Positions 59,552 to 64,000 of a DNA stretch of 64,000 bases are shown piece after piece. Location: the IMG/VR virus record IMGVR_UViG_3300027396_000015, one strand, 5' to 3'. The DNA is from an uncultured virus (IMG/VR IMGVR_UViG_3300027396_000015). Taxonomy: Duplodnaviria > Heunggongvirae > Uroviricota > Caudoviricetes. How positions within the stretch are numbered: the first letter of the stretch is position 1; each line of letters starts with the position of its first letter. The translations under genes were made by a program, and so were the position numbers. Under the pieces are notes generated by a model. It was given only the letters and a program-made list of their open reading frames with translations, did no database searches and had not been told where the DNA came from.

Positions 59552-60427
59552 ATGGACATGAAACAAATTTTACAAGCACTAGATAAAGCATCTAGTCGTA
59601 GAGTAGAAGGCGCAAATGACATGCGCCGTTTCGTGTCTATTGTGCAGGAAAACAATACATTAAAAACAGTTGCTGACAAAGTTGCGTCTGCCGCTGATGC
59701 CGCAAAAGAAAAACTCAGCGACTTTAGACCGTATGATGAAAAAGCAGTGGCTAAGATGTATAATATTAAAACTGCAAATAAAAAAGAAGACAGCGATCTA
59801 GAAGAAGCAGGCAGACCTGGGGAGCCGGGTTTTAAACCCAATCTACAAATTCCAAATGCTCCTGCATTTCCACAGGGCGATTTTTCTAAACCAGGTCGTT
59901 ACGATTTAGAAGGCGGTGAGAAACTTACAGTAAAGCAAGACGGTACTAGAGTACACGATAGCGGGTTTGGTTCATTTACCTACGACAAAGCAGGTAAAGC
60001 AATCAAATATTCTAGTCCAATGTTTAACGGCTATAGTCAGGAACACGATTTAGTCACTGGCAATATTACTGTAAAGTATATGAACGGTCCATTAAATGTT
60101 GTTAAGACCTATGACAAAACTGGCAAGGAAACAGGTGCCAGTGATGCCGAATACGATTTAGGTGTTGCAAAAGTTAGACGTCAACAAGATGCTAACAAGA
60201 ATGTAACTAATACAGCATCTGTTCCTGACGGTGCTGCCACACACGTAGTACAACAGCAACAACCAGCAACTATGGAAACTAAAAAATCTTTCTTAGACTA
60301 CCTTACATTAGCAGAAGAAAAGCAAAAAGGTGTCGATGGTAAGGCTTGCTGGGATGGTTACAAACGTATGGGTACCAAACAGAAAGGCGGTAAGACTGTT
60401 GATAACTGTGTCAAGGATGGAAAATGA
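59552..60427 (+). CDS. Hypothetical modular protein
   Basis: N-terminus MDMKQILQALD; C-terminal CWDGY...K..GGKTVDNCV module. Confidence 0.75.
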   Translation: MDMKQILQALDKASSRRVEGANDMRRFVSIVQENNTLKTVADKVASAADAAKEKLSDFRPYDEKAVAKMYNIKTANKKEDSDLEEAGRPGEPGFKPNLQIPNAPAFPQGDFSKPGRYDLEGGEKLTVKQDGTRVHDSGFGSFTYDKAGKAIKYSSPMFNGYSQEHDLVTGNITVKYMNGPLNVVKTYDKTGKETGASDAEYDLGVAKVRRQQDANKNVTNTASVPDGAATHVVQQQQPATMETKKSFLDYLTLAEEKQKGVDGKACWDGYKRMGTKQKGGKTVDNCVKDGK

Positions 60428-60810
60428 GAGCCCTTGTCTTAGCATTAGCAATATCATTAACAGGTTGCGCTACTGTTAAGAGTTGGATTCCTAGTTTCAG
60501 CGATCCTAATCAATCAGCACGTATTATAGACGTGCGTCAAAGTGTAGCACAATTAGATTGTAAACAAGCACACGCACCACAGGTTAAAATTATCAAAGAT
60601 AATTTAGAATGGTTTCAACTTTATAGTGAAAGCAAAGGTTGGCGTCAACAGGACGTTCTTAAGTTAGTTAAACCTATGCAGGAAACTGTAGATGACTTTT
60701 ATAAACGCAGTACAGAAAAGCAGGGTAGCGAAACTTACTGCGAAATTAAAAAGAAATTAATGGCTACACAAGCGGATAAAGCCGCTAGTGCAGTTCTTGG
60801 GAGATTCTAA
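60424..60810 (+). CDS. Lipoprotein
   Basis: Lipobox SLTGC after a hydrophobic signal. Confidence 0.75.
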   Translation: MRALVLALAISLTGCATVKSWIPSFSDPNQSARIIDVRQSVAQLDCKQAHAPQVKIIKDNLEWFQLYSESKGWRQQDVLKLVKPMQETVDDFYKRSTEKQGSETYCEIKKKLMATQADKAASAVLGRF

Positions 60811-61043
60811 TGATAGAACAGTTGCAGATGTTAACACAATGTGGTCGCCCATGGGCGGCTGAACGTGCCGCAGTGGCATTGCAGATATGTGAAGCACGTC
60901 AGCAAGGACAAATAGGCGAAGACGAGTTTAGAGAATTAATGCTAGACCTAGTCAGAACAGATAAATTAGAAGAAGAGGCAGACGACATAAATTTAAAAAC
61001 TATGTTAGTCACAGCCGTATACGCAGTAGCACAGGTGGCATAA
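60810..61043 (+). CDS. Hypothetical protein
   Basis: 77-aa coupled ORF. Confidence 0.7.
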   Translation: MIEQLQMLTQCGRPWAAERAAVALQICEARQQGQIGEDEFRELMLDLVRTDKLEEEADDINLKTMLVTAVYAVAQVA

Positions 61044-61478
61044 ATGGAAGAATTAGCAAAAGCACTTAAAATAGTATTCGCATCAGAATTTAGTTTTTAT
61101 CTAAAGGCACACTACTTTCACTGGAACGTAGAAGGACCTGATTTTGCAGAATTTCATGAACTATTTGGTAACATCTACGAAGAAGTATATGGAAGTATAG
61201 ATACTTTTGCAGAAAATATTCGCAAGAGTGGTAGTTACACTCCTGGTAGTTTTGAACGTTTCACTATGCTTACTAAAATTGATGATGAAACAGAGATTCC
61301 AGATGCACTATCTATGACACAAATTTTATTAGAAGACTCTGATAAAATGGCTAACTTATTTGGCCTAGTGTACAAAATTGCAGAAACAAACAATGAATTT
61401 GGTCTTGCTAATTTCCTAGCAGATCGTCAAGATGCTCATCGCAAACATTCATGGATGTTGCGAGCAACTCTAAAATAA
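61044..61478 (+). CDS. dps: Dps/ferritin-like protein
   Basis: HYFHWNVEG, FHELF, DTFAENIR, WML. Confidence 0.9.
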   Translation: MEELAKALKIVFASEFSFYLKAHYFHWNVEGPDFAEFHELFGNIYEEVYGSIDTFAENIRKSGSYTPGSFERFTMLTKIDDETEIPDALSMTQILLEDSDKMANLFGLVYKIAETNNEFGLANFLADRQDAHRKHSWMLRATLK

Positions 61479-61552
61479 TGGAAAACGAATATCCAGTTTA
61501 CCCAGAGGAAGATGGCTATGACCGTCCGAGAAACCCTTACAGCCCTGTTTAA
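61478..61552 (+). CDS. Putative 24-aa peptide
   Basis: MENEYPVYPEEDGYDRPRNPYSPV; ATG overlaps the dps stop. Confidence 0.4.
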   Translation: MENEYPVYPEEDGYDRPRNPYSPV

Positions 61553-61616
61553 TGACATTGTAGAAGGGTTAGCTCGCTTTGGATGCGGATTAGCCGGAAT
61601 TCCTTATGAATTGTAA
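61518..61616 (+). CDS. Putative 32-aa peptide
   Basis: MTVRETLTALFNDIVEGLARFGCGLAGIPYEL; AGAGGA upstream. Confidence 0.4.
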   Translation: MTVRETLTALFNDIVEGLARFGCGLAGIPYEL

Positions 61617-61703
61617 GAACATACCCTAGGACCGTTTGGGGTTATGTGCCCGGCTGCTGGGCTAATCAACGGATTCGCTACCCTGACGATTTAAAGTGAG
61701 CAC
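61617..61703 (+). ncRNA. Candidate structured RNA (three stems plus a pseudoknot), family unassigned
   Basis: GC-rich intergenic segment with several pairings that include G-U pairs. Confidence 0.5.
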
Positions 61704-61738
61704 TGATAAATACTTAATAAGATTTTGGGGACAAACAA

Positions 61739-63517
61739 ATGGATATTAGATCAATTCTAAACAAATTGGATACTGTAGTACTTGCAGAGGCTATCACAAT
61801 CAAAGACGTTGAAGCCGCAGTTGCTGGTAAATCAGACGAGCAAGAACGTGCAGAGATCCTTAATGACCTAGCATGGAAACACAAACTACCAGGTTTGTAT
61901 GATCCTGTTAGCGGTTACTTTGTTGGCAAGCAAGGACAGCCAAACAGCATGGGTGGCAAATACAGTATTGCCGCAACTGCAACATCAAGCGCAGATAAAA
62001 CACTTGCAGATCTAGGTTTAGTTCCACAAAACGCAAAAACATCTACAGCACTAGGACGTATGTTCCGTGGCGACGACAAAGGCGAACACGATACCGCAGT
62101 TAAAGGTACTAGTGACAAAGTTAATAAAGATCGCCAGACTGCCGAAATTAAAGCAGAAAAACTTCCGCAATTAGCGGACTTGGTTAAAAAGTTACAATCT
62201 ATTACTGGTGGATCAGATACCGGAACAGCAAGTAGCGGAACTGGACTTAAGATGCCAGGCATGACTGCTAATGCTCCAAAACTTGGTGGATTAAAAGTTG
62301 GTGAAGGAAGTATCTTTGAATCATTGATGAGAGAATTCCAAGACGTAGTTGGTGATGTACCAATGCAAGAGCAACTAAGTCCAGAAGCCAAGGCAGTGGC
62401 AGATCAAATTAATGCGTTAATTGACGAATTAGAAACTTTAGGAGATGATCCAGAAGTACGTAAAGCAATCGATGATGCTAAGAAAACTGTTGCAGATGTT
62501 GAAGCAGCCGAAAAAGCAAAATACGATGCAAAGATGGATAAAGACTTAGATGCCGCAAGTGCAGAAGCAGATAAAGTTGCCGCTGATACTAAAGCATCTC
62601 AAGACAAGACTGCACAAGATAAGACTGCACAAGATAAGAAGACTGCTGGTGCAGATCCTGCAATTCAGAAAATTCAAGAACAACTAAAAGCATTAGGTGT
62701 TGACCCTGGTCCAATCGATGGTAAGATGGGTCCTAAAACTGTTGCTGGTATTAAAGCATTTGAAAAGATGGCAGGCAAACCAGAAACTGGTAAAGTTACT
62801 CCTGAACTATCTACACTATTGGCAGACGGTAAAAATATCGTTGCACGTAGTCAGTTAACACAATCATTAACTGCTATCGAAGCAATCGTTACTAAGTACA
62901 AAATTTCTGAAAGTGTAACTGAAGAAGATGTATTAGCAATGACTGAAAACGAAGCAAGAGCGTTTGTTATGAAAAATATCAAATACTTTAGCGAAGCAGA
63001 ACAAATTGCTATTACAAGAGATTATCTAAGTGAAGCACCTGTGCCAGCACTACCTGGTCCTGGCGGCAAACTACCGGCACTATCTACACCAGGTGGTGCT
63101 AATCCAAACGTCATCGATGTTCCATTCAGAGACATTACTCCAAAACCAAGTTGGGGACAACGTGCCATGGACTTTGTCAAAGGCGCAGGATCAAAGGCAC
63201 TTGGTGTACTAAAGAATCCAAAAGCGGCTATTGCAACTGCCGCTGTTGGTGGGGCATTGGCACTAGGCGCACTATGGAAAGCATTTAGCGGCGGTGACAT
63301 TGAAATGGATCCAAAAGATCTAGCAGAACTACAGAAGCATTTGAAAGTTCTAGATCAATATGGACAAGATCCTGCAATCAAAGCAGGCTTACCAGCAGAT
63401 GTCCAAAAACGTCTAGATGTTGTAATTTCCAAGTTAGACAAACTTAAAAAGGCTAAGGCAGCAGGCGGACAACAACCTGCGGCTCCTGCGGCAGCACCTG
63501 CGGCTCCAGCAAAGTAA
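61739..63517 (+). CDS. Modular protein with a peptidoglycan-binding domain, probably virion-associated
   Basis: IQEQLKALG.DPGPIDGKMGPKTVAGIKAFEK (PG_binding_1-like); QDKTA repeats; hydrophobic segment near the C-terminus. Confidence 0.75.
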   Translation: MDIRSILNKLDTVVLAEAITIKDVEAAVAGKSDEQERAEILNDLAWKHKLPGLYDPVSGYFVGKQGQPNSMGGKYSIAATATSSADKTLADLGLVPQNAKTSTALGRMFRGDDKGEHDTAVKGTSDKVNKDRQTAEIKAEKLPQLADLVKKLQSITGGSDTGTASSGTGLKMPGMTANAPKLGGLKVGEGSIFESLMREFQDVVGDVPMQEQLSPEAKAVADQINALIDELETLGDDPEVRKAIDDAKKTVADVEAAEKAKYDAKMDKDLDAASAEADKVAADTKASQDKTAQDKTAQDKKTAGADPAIQKIQEQLKALGVDPGPIDGKMGPKTVAGIKAFEKMAGKPETGKVTPELSTLLADGKNIVARSQLTQSLTAIEAIVTKYKISESVTEEDVLAMTENEARAFVMKNIKYFSEAEQIAITRDYLSEAPVPALPGPGGKLPALSTPGGANPNVIDVPFRDITPKPSWGQRAMDFVKGAGSKALGVLKNPKAAIATAAVGGALALGALWKAFSGGDIEMDPKDLAELQKHLKVLDQYGQDPAIKAGLPADVQKRLDVVISKLDKLKKAKAAGGQQPAAPAAAPAAPAK

Positions 63518-63530
63518 AATACTAACACTT

Positions 63531-63556
63531 AAAAAGCGGCTTCGGCCGCTTTTTTT
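63531..63556 (+). terminator. Intrinsic terminator with a C(UUCG)G tetraloop
   Basis: AAAAAGCGGC-TTCG-GCCGCTTTTTTT. Confidence 0.92.
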
Positions 63557-63576
63557 GTCTTTTGACAAAATATTCG

Positions 63577-63605
63577 TTGACTCTGATCAAATAAACATAT
63601 ATAAT
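63577..63605 (+). promoter_or_regulatory. sigma70-type promoter
   Basis: TTGACT-N17-TATAAT. Confidence 0.75.
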
Positions 63606-63629
63606 TAAACTTATTACTAAGGAGATATC

Positions 63630-63890
63630 ATGGGCAATAGAACCTATGGACCAGAAGAAAAGGCCAAACTAGAGCGACTAATTAACGAAGGCGTTCAAGT
63701 CAAATATGAAATTGAAAGTCTGACAGAAGGCTTAAAAGAAACAGTTAAGGCAGTAGCAGAAGAATTAGAAATCAAACCTGCACTAATTAACAAAGCAATC
63801 AGTATTGCACACAAAGGCAACTGGAACGATGTATTCAGTGATTTCGATGATTTAGAAACAATTATCGTTACTGTTGGCAAAGACAAATGA
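63630..63890 (+). CDS. Small helical protein, possibly a T4 DsbA/GapR-like dsDNA-binding protein
   Basis: 86 aa; SD AAGGAG; LKETVKAVAEELEIKP..INKAI. Confidence 0.55.
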   Translation: MGNRTYGPEEKAKLERLINEGVQVKYEIESLTEGLKETVKAVAEELEIKPALINKAISIAHKGNWNDVFSDFDDLETIIVTVGKDK

Positions 63891-64000
63891 TAGACGCTAT
63901 TTTTGGGCCAACTATACAATGGATCAAGGATGACTGGAATAGTCATCCATTTCGATTTATTGTTGAGTTACTTGCCTGGGCTGTTAGTATTGGCTGTAGT
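63887..64000 (+). CDS. Probable membrane protein, truncated by the window end
   Basis: MIDAIFGPTIQWIKDDWNSHPFRFIVELLAWAVSIGCS, open to the end of the window. Confidence 0.6.
   Translation, partial: MIDAIFGPTIQWIKDDWNSHPFRFIVELLAWAVSIGCS

Noticed and set aside
61683..61689. CTGACGA as a hammerhead ribozyme core
   Set aside because: There is no suitably placed GAAA and no stem II geometry.
1..64000. Many short ORFs in the track on the opposite strand or nested in other frames
   Set aside because: They shadow well-supported genes, lack SD sites and motifs, and show antisense composition.
1..64000. Stop-codon reassignment, as seen in some jumbo phages
   Set aside because: Recognisable genes are full length in the standard code and coding density is high. 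TAG ends uvsE and TGA ends many genes.
1..64000. CRISPR array, tRNA or rRNA genes
   Set aside because: I saw no repeat-spacer array or cloverleaf by eye, and intergenic gaps are short. tRNAscan was not run.

Overview
A 64-kb, AT-rich, densely coding segment of a large T4-like (jumbo) tailed phage, read in the standard code. The host is probably Gram-negative (spanin-like lipoproteins, GH19 endolysin). 1-15 kb: end of a subtilase-domain protein, then sigma70-driven early genes (IF-1, a DGQH/ParB-like plus HNH pair, DNA ligase, metallophosphoesterase, ClpP, 2OG-Fe(II) oxygenase, many small hypotheticals). 15-39.5 kb: tail/baseplate-type structural genes, including a 3092-aa protein, interrupted by a queD/glycosyltransferase/uvsE island. 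39.5-52 kb: a DnaE fragment, GroES, NTP-PPase, clamp loader, dCMP deaminase, PhoH, a lysis cassette, DnaJ, deformylase and ClpA. 52-63.5 kb: a late-promoter cluster of modular proteins with T4-like capsid-targeting N-termini and many hydrophobic-x-Glu sites, carrying nucleotidyltransferase, ligase-like, HxGH and HAD domains. Most notable: (1) six tandem phycobiliprotein-like repeats with an intact C-x-R-D motif inside the giant virion protein; (2) the putative capsid-packaged, protease-processed polyprotein/enzyme cluster; (3) a preQ1-I-like leader before phage queD; (4) an unassigned pseudoknotted RNA at about 61.6 kb. All calls come from reading motifs by eye; no database searches were run.
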